Below, in pieces: positions 1-13,178 of a stretch of 64,000 nt of DNA; within the stretch, counting starts at the first letter, position 1; every line of letters begins with the position of its first letter. Location of the stretch: NCBI RefSeq assembly GCF_006345805.1, contig NC_043005.1:38068001-38132000 (forward strand). The letters run 5' to 3'. Origin of the DNA: Octopus sinensis. Its lineage: Eukaryota. Both the position numbers and the translations under genes were made by a program. The notes beneath the pieces are model-generated. The model was given only the letters and a program-made list of their open reading frames with translations, made no database searches and was not told where the DNA came from.

Positions 1-2134
1 TTCTTGATTGAATTAAAACCAAGGAGGAGACCATGGGTGGTCAATTTTGGAACAAGGAAAGAAACATTGACATGAGCAGGTGGGCAAGTGGGTCATATGG
101 TATTATAACTGTCACATGATATTACTGTGAAATATTTTAGATTTTATGCAGTAATAAAATTACTCAGTGATGTACATAATCATAAAAATACTGTAGATTT
201 CTTGTCTGCAAGTTAGTTAATTACAGTTTTGTTTTTGCAGCTGCAGTTTCTATCTTGTGCAATGAGATTGACTGTTAAGGTTAATGGTAACCCCTTCCTC
301 TCTTGTAGGAGAAATGGAAATGCATCAAAATTCCCCCTCTCTCACTGTATGAGAAAGTGGAACACATTATAGGGCTAGAAAGAAGGGACACACATTGTAG
401 AGTAGTTGAAGGTACAGAATACCCAAGTGCTTCTCCTGAAAATATGGTTGTTGTTGTTAGTGTAGGTCATCTCTGTCTAAGCAGACTTATGATCAAACAC
501 CTAGCAGTCATGACCCTCCTGTCTTTCTAATAGATGTATCAATAACTACATTAATATATAATGCGTACTTCCTTTCTCAAGAGTATTGACTATACTTTGA
601 GAGAGATTTAGCTAGTATTTCTAGAAGATTGAGTGATCATGTATAGGCTTGTTCTCTTGCTCATATTCATCTTGTTTCCGTAGTTTCTGACAAACACGTA
701 TTTAATATGGCATTTAAATCCATTTATCAATCTGGACAGTTGAAGATCTAGTGAACAAATGTTCCAATATCTGGGATATAATAAGAAAAGAACCTGTCAC
801 AATATATGTTGCTGGAAAATAATACAATGTCAAATATTTAATATGAATCTGTAGAGGAATATCTTGAAGAAATAAATCATAAATAGGGTTTTAAATCTTG
901 TCCCCTGACTAATATACAGTGAATGAATTTTAAATGGCATTTTTTGATGCCCTTATATCAGAGTTTATTGAATATGAGAGAAACTCAGCATTCGAAATAC
1001 AGTTTGTTTATATATGTGGTTCTACAACAAATAGAGAATTAGGTAAATCTAATTTAGAGTTTATTGATGCATAAACATGGAATTTACATTCAAAGCAAGA
1101 AAAGAAGCTATGAATATTTGAGAGGATGCTGGATAAGAGATATCAACCGAGAAAATTTTATTATTTACGACTATTGAAATAAAGTAGATAATCTAAATGG
1201 ATATCAAAATAAGTAGTTTCCAGATTTTGTAAAACAGAAACTCTTACTAGATTTATGCGTTTACCGACATATGAACATGTGAAATGCTCATATTAAGATA
1301 AAGGACAGAGTATATCAAGCATCATATAATGTCATATCATTTTGAGATTATTTCGATCATGAAACTGAATTTTATCCTAAGCCACTTCTATAATTCCCCT
1401 TATTTTTATTCATGCTAGAGTTAAGGCACAAGACAGGAGCACATTTAAAGGTTGAGCTTAATTCATAAGTGCTCTCTTAATGGTATTTTGAAAAACTTAA
1501 AAGGATCTATTGGATCAAATAGAACATTGAAATGAGCTGCCTTTCTTGATAAAATACAGAAGAGGAAAATAAACAGTTCACTCATAAAAATGCTAATTTA
1601 CAGAGAAGAATGCAGAATGGAAGAATTATATCTAAACATATTTCTGAAAAATTATAGTACCTTTGAATGAAAAGAGGATTTTGGAAATATGTCACATAAT
1701 TTGAAAGTATGTCAGATGTTTTGAAAGTATATCAAATGTTTTGTAGGTTTCTTAAACTATGTCAGTTAGAATTGCTAGTTTATTAGTACCAAGATTAAAT
1801 GGGTAGATTGTAAATGTTTTATGGAACCATAAAGTAAAAAGTCAATTTAAATGACAAGCCAGAAAATTTTGATGCTCATTCTTGCCAAAAGCATCAGTTA
1901 TAGAATTCCCTTGACACACTTTGATTAAAATGAATTCACTTTGTGATTCTAGTCCCTTTTTGTAATGTTGGCTCATCTCTTTAGACTCTTCAGTATGAGA
2001 CTTGAAAATTATACAAATATAACCTGATAATTGAAACATGAATTTGATAAGATTCTTTAACACTGGACCAAATCATTTTTGATTGATTATTCTTCAAAAT
2101 TATTTATTTTTCGTAAATTTTATACATGGAAAAG

Positions 2135-2560
2135 TTACAGACATTGTTGTGTGATTAAGAAGTTTACTTCCCAACAATGTGACTTTGGGTTCAGTACTAC
2201 TGTGCTGCTCTTTGAACAAGTATCTACTATAGCACTGGGCCAACAAGAGCCTTGTATGTAAATTTGGCAGATGGAATCTGAAAAGATCTTGTTGTATATA
2301 TGTACACATATGTGTATGTATATGTCTGTGAGTGTATGTTACCTTAACCTGACATCACATGATGGTTGCAAATGAGTATCACTGTCATACAAACAATACT
2401 GTTTGTTTTCAGTCTTCATGGAAACATGTCTAGCCAAGGGGAAACGAGTGAGGGTTGGTGGCAGGAAGAGCATCCAGCTACAGAAAATCTGCCTCAACAA
2501 ATTCTTTCTGACCCATACAAGCATGGAAAAGTAGATGGTAAAACAATAATGATTATGACG
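2135..2560 (+). mobile_element. Old CORE-type tRNA SINE with RTE-like tail
   Basis: tgtgtgattaagaagtttacttcccaac head, ttgaacaagtatctactatagc core, ggttggtggcaggaagagcatccagc tail. Confidence 0.7.
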
Positions 2561-5422
2561 ATAAGGAAAAAAAAATATCTTTGAAGAAAAACATCTATTT
2601 CAAACCGTAATAAGCAGGTGACTTAAGGCTATAAAATGAAAAAAAAAAAAAATTATAATACATTGCAGCTGAGTGCATTAAAGAAGCTGTGTCATACATT
2701 TTGTCTTTTCATTTACCTTTTCAAATAACAACAACTCCGTTAATGTAATGAAATCCTTGACACTTGTTGCATGCAGCTAATAGAAAAATAAAAGCATTCA
2801 TTCTACAAATAATTTTGTCATCTCCATAATTACCACTGCTATTAGAGAGAGAGCCTTAAGCCACTCAAGTTTTACTATTAGAAAATTAGAAAAGCTTTTA
2901 AAGTTTTTACTTTAATGTTTATATAAGCAGCAGTTGAGTGGATTAAGACAGAAGCCAATTTATTACAAGTTTATAACTGCTTCTACTCATGACTAGCTAT
3001 AAGATGAACGTTTGGACTGGACAACACCTTTTAATTCCTCGTTACCCTATGGATTCATTCTTTGCTGAAAGGAAAAGCTGGTGACTTATAATGGTAGACT
3101 TTCTATTAGGGTGCCAGCCATTCTTCAAGACTATTTTACGTTGCATTTTAGCAGCAATACTTAGAAGCAACTGTTTCCATTTACCATAAAAATACACTTA
3201 AAAAGGTAAAACACATCACAATTTATTTTGTTGCACATCATCATCATCATCCTCGGCATCATCATCACTTCATCACCCTCCTTCTCCTCCTCCTCATCAT
3301 TGTTTTAACATCTAATTTTCCATGTTTGCATTGGACAGATGCAACTTGTTGAGTCAGATTTTCTATAGCCAATTGCCTTCCTTTCACCATCCCTATACAT
3401 ACTTATATACATACATATATACACACACATATATACATACTTATATACATACATACACACACACACACATACACAAACACATTCACATGCACAAACACGC
3501 ATACACATACATATTAAAGCAATATGATCGGTCTAACATAATCAGCTCTCTCCTAATCGCACTAAACATTTGATTCTCTCCCGAATAAGAAACCCCCAAG
3601 AACAGACAGGTGAACTAACTTATTGTGTTTTATGTAGTGCTTTGCATTGCTGACTTAAAAAATTCAACATTTGGTAAATTTTAGCTTTCATTTTTGTCCA
3701 GAATTTATAAAGAAAGTACCTGTAATATAATGGAGTTGATTATAGTTATTGTGTATTGCCAAGTTCTGCTACAAATAATAATAGTGGTGGTGAGGATGAT
3801 GATAATGATGGTGATGATGGTTTTGATTGATGATTTCCTCTCCAAACAAAACTGACATCATTTTCCTTGAAAATAAATCTGTATTATATTTGTGACAAAA
3901 TAATAGAATAATAATATTTGTCTGACTGATAAAAAGTGTTGGTGTATGGCATTCACAGTTTAGAAATGAAATCAAACTCTCTCAGAGTTTATACTTTTAG
4001 AATAATATTTTAACATTTTTGATATTTTAAATCTCTGGACATTTTCTTTTCCGAGTAAGTTGAGAGTATTGTGTTAGAGGAACCATGTTATTTAGACTTC
4101 AATATATAGGTTACAGATCAACTGACTGTGTTGTCTTGTGCTGGCATAGAACTTATTTTTGTTCTCACAGTATCACATACTAATTGGCTTTAAGATTAAA
4201 CTTTAGTCACCTTCCACAAGAAAAGTCCAGACGTTCTGCAATGACAAAAGATAGCACAATTTCAGATTGCTATCAGACTTGACACAACCATAAACACTTC
4301 TTGATGCAATATGTTAAGTGTGATCTCAAAACAGGTTCAGTAATTAACATATCTGGCTGTTGGATCTGAGTAAGTTCTGACTTCTATTTTAATTGTGTTG
4401 CAGCTCTGCTAAGAAAGATGTTAGAGACTAAACTTCAGAAGAATGTTTTATATATGTGTATTTGCTTTACCAAACTTTCTAAAATGAGAAAACATTTGAT
4501 AAAATAGAATTGAATGCATGAAATAATTGTTTCTAATTAAGTTTCAAGGCCAGTAGTTTTGAATGAAGAAGTTTAGTTGATTCCATCAACTCCAGTATAA
4601 AACTGGTACCCCGTGGTAATAATTGGAAAGATGAAAGACTAAGTAGACCATGACAAGATTTGACCACAGATTGTAAGGAGCTGGGACAAATACCACAAGG
4701 CCTTTTTTCTCATACTCTAACAATTCTACCAATCCTCCATAATAAAAAAGAAAGCAGGTGGCCTCTTGTTTAGGGTGTTGCTCTCAATTCTTGTAGCTTC
4801 AATTCTTGGACTGAGAGGTGTGTTGTGTTTGGTAAAACACTGAATTTCACATTGATCGGCTGTAAATGAGTAACCTAATGTCCATTCAGCTGTAAATGAG
4901 TTACTCAGTGACAGACTAGTGTCCTATTTGGGGGAACGTTGTGATCATGGTCACTTATAGGCCATGGAAACCAGGTTACTAGTACTATGATTCCTGGGGC
5001 TTGAGATTGTTTTACTGCAATAACAAAATCTGTACTGCTTTACTATTATAAACTCAAAGAATAATGACTTTTTAGATTCAACCAAAATTGTTTTAGAAAC
5101 TGTTTAGCTACAAAATCCCAGTTGATATTAAGAACAATGTATTTGTTTAGTAATATAAACTGTTATGTAAGAAAACAAAGCTGTTATGTAAGAAAATAAA
5201 AAAAATAAAAAGTCTTTTACATTAGAAAAGAACTGCTTCTTTAAATGAAAAACAGAACTCAATACTGGTACAGATACTTTTTTTTGTAATTTTTAATAGC
5301 CAGGAAGTTACAAAAGTGACTCAAAGACTGAAAGTTTTCTGAATGGTAACTCTTAGAGCATGAGTAACTTTTGTAATTTTCTACAAATTAAAAAGAACAA
5401 AAAGTGTGACTGTATATATGTA

Positions 5423-5459
<37 letters not shown>

Positions 5460-7010
5460 TATACAAAAATATATTAAACATTACACAAAAATATATAACA
5501 ATAGAATACAATCTGAACAATCTTTCTTTTGTTAAAACAAATGGATTAAGCTTACATAGACCCTGCAGCATTTGTTTCAAAAAAGGAAACAAAATATTTT
5601 TATTCCAGTATAATTCATTCTTTGCCAGAAAAATTAGCCCTTCAAATTACTATGGTAACAACTGATAGAACGATATAATTTTTTTCTCAAACTTTACACT
5701 ACAAACAGATAATTCCCTCCAGAATATAGATTTATGGTAATTAACAAATATCAAAACTTTACAATAGAAACACTTTGGTCAGACTTGTCTCAATAAGATT
5801 AGGTTTTCAATTTCTGGGAAAGATCAAACTTGTTTATGATGGTGAAAATATCTAATTTTTGGCAAAAGTTCATATTAAATTGTTAAGATTGTTGAAGCTG
5901 TCTGCTCTGGTCTTGGTATCATACTTATTTGAAAATAATATTTAAAACAAATTGCTCTTGACCTTTGGAAGTTAATATTCAACACTGCAACTTGTAACTG
6001 TAATAGCTAAATAAATCTTTAAGATAATTTCTGTGTTTGGAAAACAAGATTCCACGTGAGTTTTTTTGGTTATTAGGTAGAAAAACTAACACAATCATAA
6101 ATCTGTTTTGTATCAACTAATATATATAGCAATGTAGAAACTCTTTTGTCAGACTTTCTTAGTGTAACAAAATCTGAGTCATGCCTGTGTGATTGAGAAG
6201 TTCACTTCCAAACCATTTCATTGGTCCCCAGGCCAACTCCAGCTTATGAGTGGATTTGACCGAAGGAAACTGAAGGAATGTCATTGAATGTATGTGTGTG
6301 AATAAGGTTTGTTTCCTTTTGATTCCATATGTATGTTTGATTATAAATAATGGTTTCACAAATGGACCCTTTTTAGCTTAAAATCTACCGTGTAAACATG
6401 TCCAAGATGTTTGTTGTTTGGTAGAGTGAGATAGTATTATCACACTTAGAAAAGAGGGGGAGAATCCAGTCATTGAAAACTCTGCTCCAACATACTCTTG
6501 TCTGATCCATAGAAGCATGGGAAAATGGACATTAAAGAACGATGATGCATGTATTATTGCTTATCTTCAGCCAACAGCAAAATCAAAATACATTGTCAAA
6601 TTCCTGATGAGGTGGAAAACATTCAGACATAGTAGGATACAAATTGCCTCTAATGACAGAAATATTTCAGCTTCCCCCTCTCTCTCTCCCTCTTTCTCTC
6701 TCTCTCATACACACATGATGAGCTTCTTTCCATTTTTTTGTCTACCAAATCCCCTCACAAGTCTTTGATTGGTCAGTGGCCATAGTCAGAAAAAACTTGC
6801 CCAAGTTGCCACAAAGTGGGACAGAACTTAAAACCTTATGGTTGAGAAGCAAGCTTCTTACCATACAGCCATTCTTCCACCTGTGCAAAATGTTCCATCA
6901 CCCAAATGAAACCTGGTCACTGGCACAATTCCTCTATGTGTCAATTGAACAACTAACCTTAGAGTTCATGTTTAAAATTCATGTTTAAGTCTTGACCTAA
7001 ACTAACAATA

Positions 7011-7430
7011 TACTCTTTTACTCTTTTACTTGTTTCAGTCATTTTGACTGTGGCCATGCTGTAGCACCGCCTTTAGTCGAGCAAATCGACCCCGGGATTT
7101 ATTCTTTGTAGGCCCAGTACTTATTCTATCGGTCTCTTTTGCCGAACCACTAAGTGACAGGGACGTAAACACACCAGCATCAGTTGTCAAGCAATACTAG
7201 AGGGACAAACACAGACACACAAACATATAGACACACATACATATATATATATACATACATATATACAACAGGCTTCTTTCAGTTTCCATCTACCAAATCC
7301 ACTCACAAGGCTTTGGTCGACCCGAGGCTATAGCAGAAGACACTTGCCCAAGATGCCATGCAGTGGGACTGAAGCCGGAACCATGTGGTTGGTTAGCAAG
7401 CTACTTACCACACAGCCACTCCTGCACCTA
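7011..7430 (-). mobile_element. Full-length octopus CORE-type (OR-like) SINE
   Basis: Close to the copies at 34285 and 9057: tRNA head, cttgggcaagtgtctt core, (TA/TG) spacer, and gtaaaagag tail repeats. Confidence 0.88.
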
Positions 7431-7689
7431 TGGTCACTGTTTTAGTTTTTAGCCTGTACTTTATTGTAAATCTACTGTTAACAGACTTCTTTTTACTGAT
7501 CATTACCACTGCAATATTACTCAAGATTTATGTGACATCTGAAAGTTCAGTAAGAGAGTATCCATGTAGCTTTAGCAGCCTTGAGCAATTGGTATAAGAT
7601 ATATTCAGAATTTTGTAAAATAAGTGTTACCTTTAAGAATAAAGCATACAGAAATATCTACCATTGCACAGAAATATTGGTACACACTC

Positions 7690-7875
7690 TGGCACAAGGT
7701 CAGCAAGTTCGGGGGAAGGGGTAGGTTAATTACATCAACCCTAGTGCTCAACTTGCACTTATTCTATTGCCTCAAAAAGAATGAAAGGCAGAATTTGAAC
7801 TCAGAATGTTAAGATGGCGAAATGCCACTAAGCATTTTTCCTGATGAATAAACAATTCTGCCAGTTTGCCACCTT
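7690..7875 (-). mobile_element. Meta-like tRNA SINE, diverged
   Basis: Reverse complement of the ggtggcaaactggcagaattgt...gagttcaaattctgcctttcattc family. Confidence 0.65.
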
Positions 7876-8931
7876 AAAAAAAAATATCACATAAGGTTTT
7901 AGTGAAATTGAATTTGTGGTTTTCTGTGTGTTAAGCAGATGTGATAATCACTTTACAATAGAGCTGTGACCATTACACAGAAATGTTAAAATAAAAATAA
8001 AATATAAATAAAATGTAATCAGAATTCAAATTAAGACAAAAATTTAATTTATTCTTTCTTGGTAAAATTCTTAATTAAAAATTACTGTATGTGCTGAACT
8101 CATGTATTGTGAAAACTGACTCAGTTACTTAATCTGTCCTTAGAATCCATTGTGGCTGTCAGTCATGCTGTGAGAGCATTGTTATAACTTAGACCACAGG
8201 AATCCTTTATATCAATATAATTTTCATTCAAGCACATTCCATGCCATTTGTTCACCATTATGACTTTCAATATTCAGCAACTTCTGAAAGCTTTCAACTG
8301 GGTGAGATTGCAGAAACTTGATATATAGAAATCATATAATATGATCATTGTTTGATATATTTGGGATCAAATCCAAAGAAATTGAATAGTGATTGCTTCT
8401 CTTGACTTGTAGAGGCAATGCAATCTGGATGTTACATTCAGATTAAGAAATGCCACTGATATTGGCCTCTCTCTTGTGTTCATATGAGTTTCATAATTTC
8501 AAATATAAACATTATTATTTGGTTTTTAATTGCTTTGCTACATTTACTTCAAGATTATGATGGTAGAAGGTATATTAATATGTATTGGAATAAAATACTA
8601 AATATATCTGAAGGTAAAAATTATGTATATAAAGTAGAAAATTGGATTCAATGAATTGAGCAGAACACACATTAAGCACTCTCACAAAGAATTAGCTATC
8701 AGTTCACACAGTAATTGAATTATAATGTAGTTTAGCATATCCATACAACTAGAATCCAATATATACTATTTTGACAAGGCATATATAAGCATGGAATCAG
8801 GAGGTATGAGAAGCAAATACAGATTTATCCTAGTTGTAATCATATGGAAATAATAAATCCGTATACATCTCTCATGCTTCCTTCTTTTAAGATTATTATG
8901 CATTCAATTTTTAGTTTGTTATGAAACACGG

Positions 8932-8990
8932 TGTGTGCCTGATGAATGTTTGAGGTATTTCTCCACATATGAAACTTTTAGTAGCACATA
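8932..8990 (+). ncRNA. Minimal type-I hammerhead ribozyme motif, intact core
   Basis: Stem I TGTGTGC(8932-38)/GCACATA(8984-90); CTGATGA 8939-45; imperfect stem II ATGTTTGAG/CTCCACATAT; GAAA 8971-74; short stem III C-T-TTT-A-G; cleavage triplet GTA 8981-83. Confidence 0.75.
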
Positions 8991-9056
8991 TAAACATGTA
9001 TTGTGTCTATTAAATAATATTTATCTCTCATCAGACGGAACAATACATTATATATG

Positions 9057-9440
9057 TGGGCTGTGTGGTATGAACCTTGCTTCCCAACCACATGGTTCTG
9101 GGTTCAGTCCTGCTACATGGCGTCTTGGGCAAGTGTCTTCTACTATTGTCTCGGGTCAACCAAAGCTTTGTGAGTGGAATTGGTAGATGGAAACTAAAAG
9201 GGGCCCATTGTAAATATGTGTATGTAGTTGTGTGTCTGTGTTTGTCCTCCCCACCACATTGCTTGACAATTGATGTTGGTGTGTTTATGTCCCCATAACT
9301 TAGCAGTTCAGCAAAAGGGACATATAGAATAAGTACTAGGCTTACAAAGAATAAGTCCTGGGGTCAGTTTGTTCGACTAAAAGCAGTGCTCCAGCATGGC
9401 TGCAGTCAAATGACTGAAACAAGTAAAAGAATAAAAGAAT
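9057..9440 (+). mobile_element. Full-length CORE-type SINE
   Basis: ggctgtgtggtatgaaccttgcttcccaacc...gaaacaagtaaaagaataaaagaat. Confidence 0.85.
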
Positions 9441-9660
9441 ATATATATATGTGTGTGTGTGTGTGTACACCCAAGTTTGTATGATTGTGTATAGAAGAAT
9501 ATATTAATCAATGAAATTCCAGTTTAGTCTGATTTTACTAGCAAGTTTTACACTATCAAAATAAACTAGTACTTTCATGCATTATGCAATCATCAGGTTT
9601 ATGTAGTGACAGATTTGTTCCACAATTGACAACTGAAATTTCATTGATTAATATATATAT

Positions 9661-10034
9661 ATATATAACGGAGTAAACACATAAATGTGAAACAAGGTGG
9701 AAAAAAGAGTACTCAAATACCAGTGGTAGAGTAATATGCTTTATTTAAAGCAGCAGAAAATTCAACAAAACCTGTTACTCTGAGTTTTCCGTTGCCATTC
9801 TTATGGTTCACAACATCCACAACTGAACTGACTCCCGGAACAACATCAAGGTCACTGCATCACAGCCTTGCTACTGAACTGCATAATGTGGAGGTGTGTA
9901 AGCAGTGTTTTTTGCTGTGTCTCAGGGACACTTTGGAATAATAAGCAGTGTTTTTTGCAAAAACTGTCCGATGAACGGCAACGGGAAACTCAGAGTAACA
10001 GGTTTTGTTGAATTTTCTGCTGCTTTAAATAAAG
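9661..10034. mobile_element. Short repeat element with about 60-bp inverted arms (probably Penelope-like derived)
   Basis: 9739-9800 is the reverse complement of 9973-10034. A hammerhead-like CCGATGA...GAAAC TC lies at 9968-9991. Confidence 0.55.
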
Positions 10035-10085
10035 TATATATATATATATATATAAGCGAGAAAGAAGCAACAAGAATGGATAGGT

Positions 10086-10176
10086 TTTTAGTACAATCGT
10101 TTCATACAAGGACAGGCTTTATTAAAAGTTGTAAAAATTACAGCATATAAACGTGTCCCGTACTCATCAGCTAAAA
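10086..10176 (-). ncRNA. Minimal type-I hammerhead ribozyme (left arm of fold-back)
   Basis: Reverse-complement copy of the 11156-11246 motif, with the same core. Confidence 0.8.
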
Positions 10177-11155
10177 TACATGTGAGTTCTCTAGACATCC
10201 TAGTGGTTGAGGCTATACTCATGAAGTAATGTAGATAATTAAGTAACATAAACAGATTTCCAAAGTTCATTAAAGTTCTTTAAAGATGATGTACAGTCTT
10301 ATCACAGAATTTTAAAAAAGTTCTAATAGCATCACAGAGAAGGTGACCTAATCCATAGAGCACATATGAATTTCCAGAGATATGATGAGGGATTACATAC
10401 TCACAGAAGACAAATTTATCCATTGTTAATCACAACGAGTGGGTCTCAATTCCTGCTTATTAGCATTACAGAGAGGGTGAATTAATCCTTTGTATAGATA
10501 CAACAATTTCCAATGGTGTAGATGTAAGTTTCCAGAGAAATGAAGAGGAATTTCATATTCACAGGCGATAATTTATCAATGTTGAACACAATGAGGTAGG
10601 TATCAATTCTTGTTATATGATTAGGCCAGAAGGCCCTTCAGCCTTTATAAGTTAAATAGCTACAGCCTCTTGTAAATAGCAGTAATGTGATTAATGTGGC
10701 AAATACCTAATCATATAACAAGAATTGATACCTACCTCATTGTGTTCAACCATTGATAAATTTATCGCCTGTGAATATGAAATTCCTCTTCATTTCTCTG
10801 GAACTTACATCTACACCATTGGAAATTGTGTATCTATACAAAGGATTAATTCACCCTCTCTGTAATGCTAATAAGCAGGAATTGAGACCCACCTCGTTGT
10901 GATTAACAATGGATAAATTTGTCTTCTGTGAGTATGTAATCCCTCATCATATCTCTGGAAATTCATATGTGCTCTATGGATTAGGTCACCTTCTCGGTGA
11001 TGCTATTAGAACTTTTTTAAAATTCTGTGATAAGACTGTACATCATCTTTAAAGAACTTTAATGAACTTTGGAAATCTGTTTATGTTACTTAATTATCTA
11101 CATTACTTCATGAGTATAGCCTCAACCACTAGGATGTCTAGAGAACTCACATGTA

Positions 11156-11246
11156 TTTTAGCTGATGAGTACGGGACACGTTTATATGCTGTAATTTTTA
11201 CAACTTTTAATAAAGCCAGTCCTTGTATGAAACGATTGTACTAAAA
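11156..11246 (+). ncRNA. Minimal type-I hammerhead ribozyme (right arm of fold-back)
   Basis: Stem I TTTTAG/CTAAAA; CTGATGA 11162-68; stem II GTACGGGAC/GTCCTTGTAT with a long AU-rich loop; GAAA 11229-32; stem III ACGATTGT, self-complementary with G-U pairs (dimer type); GTA cleavage site 11238-40. Confidence 0.82.
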
Positions 11247-11396
11247 ACCTATCCATTCTTGTTGCTTCTTTCTCGCTTATAATCACCCCACATTACTGTA
11301 TTGTTAAAACAGTATAGTTTTTTTTGGTGCATCTAAGTTAGGTACCTTATTCAAGTAAATTCATTTAAATTAACTTGAATCTTTATTGCTTTTTGA

Positions 11397-11431
<35 letters not shown>

Positions 11432-12639
11432 TACATACATACAGTCACACTTTTTGTTCTTTTTAATTTGTAGAAAATTACAAAAGTTACTCAAGCTCTA
11501 AGAGTTACCATTCAGAAAACTTTCAGTCTTTGAGTCACTTTTGTAACTTCCTGGCTATTAAAAATTACAAAAAAAGTATCTGTACCAGTATTGAGTTCTG
11601 TTTTTCATTTAAAGAAGCAGTTCTTTTCTAATGTAAAAGACTTTTTAGTTTTTTTTTTTATTTTCTTACATAACAGCTTTGTTTTCTTACATAACAGTTT
11701 ATATTACTAAATAAATACATTGTTCTTAATATCAACTGTATTTTTGCAAATTAAACAAGAGTACCTGAATGTACAGAGCCCATAGCAATTGTGCAACAAT
11801 TCATTATTCATTCCTTGTCATGTAATCATATGAAAACATGTTGTGCACACATATAAGTCCTGGAGATTTGGTTATATATTTGTTACATTATTTTAAAATC
11901 ATTCCAAAGGTACATATTATTGAATATATTACTCTATCAATCTCCCTCCCACCACTATTACCTTGTCTTCAATCTTCTTGTTTCTTTCATCTTGGCCCTT
12001 ATCTGTTATTCCCTTAATCATTTTTTTTCTTTTTGACTCTCATCCATTACTCTCTTCTCCATCACCTTCCTATTACTACCCCTCTGGTTTTCTTCTTTTT
12101 CCTTGCTTAATGCTGCTTATTCAGTACAAGGGAGAAATGCACGAATGTACCAGTGTTGTAGAAAGAAAAGTATTCTGCATTCTGCGTCTACACCCCAGTT
12201 GTATGGGAGAGAATAGAAAGAATTATTAGGGATATCATAGGGAAGTGGAACTGAGCAGAGAATTTCTTGTTTGTGTTAGGGAAAAGACTAATTATCCTGC
12301 TCAAGTAATGAATAAAGAATGTGAAATAGTCAGGACATATCTATCTTTATAATGCACCCAGTGCACCAGCTGGTGATGGGAAGAGCATCCACCATTGGAA
12401 CCATGATATAGATGAAGCATGCAGGCAAGAGATGGTTTTTGACACATGTAGAAGGGCAGTTACCCTGAATAAGAACTGAAATGGATTGGGCTGACCAATG
12501 ATGGCATGAAACATGCTATGATATAAAATGATGAAGATGATTAAGTAGTGGCAATGATACCCAGTATGACAAGATTAGAAATATACTATAAAGGAAATAA
12601 ACACCACTTTTTTGCCTCAGATTCATCATCATCATCATT

Positions 12640-12985
12640 ATAATCATCTTATAATTGTTCATTTTCCATGCTGGTATGAGTCAGACAGTGTGACAGGATC
12701 AATCAAGTTTGAGGAGAGTATCATACCCCAGTGTCTGCTTTGGCATGGTTCTATGACTGGATACCCTTTCTGATGTCAGCCACTTTTCAGAGTGTAATTG
12801 GTGCTTTTTTGTGGTGTCAACACTAATGAGGTCGCTGCATAAGTTGTAAGAATTTCTTTTGACTGAGTGGAGATACAGTAGAGAACAAGGTGGCCTTTTG
12901 CTGGAAGATGCAGGATTAAAGTATGAGGGAAGGGGCCAGAACAGAACAGGTTTCTTGTTGTAGGGGATACATATATACACACAGT
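12640..12985 (-). mobile_element. RTE-type 3' end or tail fragment
   Basis: (CAT)n followed by tttccatgctggtatgagtcagac...ggtttctatgactggatacccttt. Confidence 0.65.
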
Positions 12986-13178
12986 TAATAACTGGAGTAC
13001 CATTATTACGTAAATTCTGTGAGGCATCAAATCATTTTTTTGCATTTCCATCAGAAATTTACACTATGTGTTTCAGAGGCAGACAGAATTTTCTAGTTCA
13101 GTTCTCATTAATCACTTTCATTGTGAAGCTAACAGGGTTAATATATGATTATTGTTTCTTTTGATACCAACCCACATG

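Larger units (their letters stand above)
10051..11281. mobile_element. Near-perfect fold-back (inverted repeat) element with a hammerhead in each arm; probable Penelope-like pseudo-LTR pair
   Basis: Arms 10051-10625 and 10706-11281 are reverse complements (the ORF-track peptides at 10088- and 11062+ differ by one residue), with an 80-nt spacer. Confidence 0.8.
5119..11738. repeat. Inverted duplication, arms about 5119-5458 and 11397-11738
   Basis: About 340 bp of AT-rich sequence (cagttgatattaagaac...aaagtgtgactg) is present as a near-identical reverse complement about 5.9 kb away. Confidence 0.85.
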
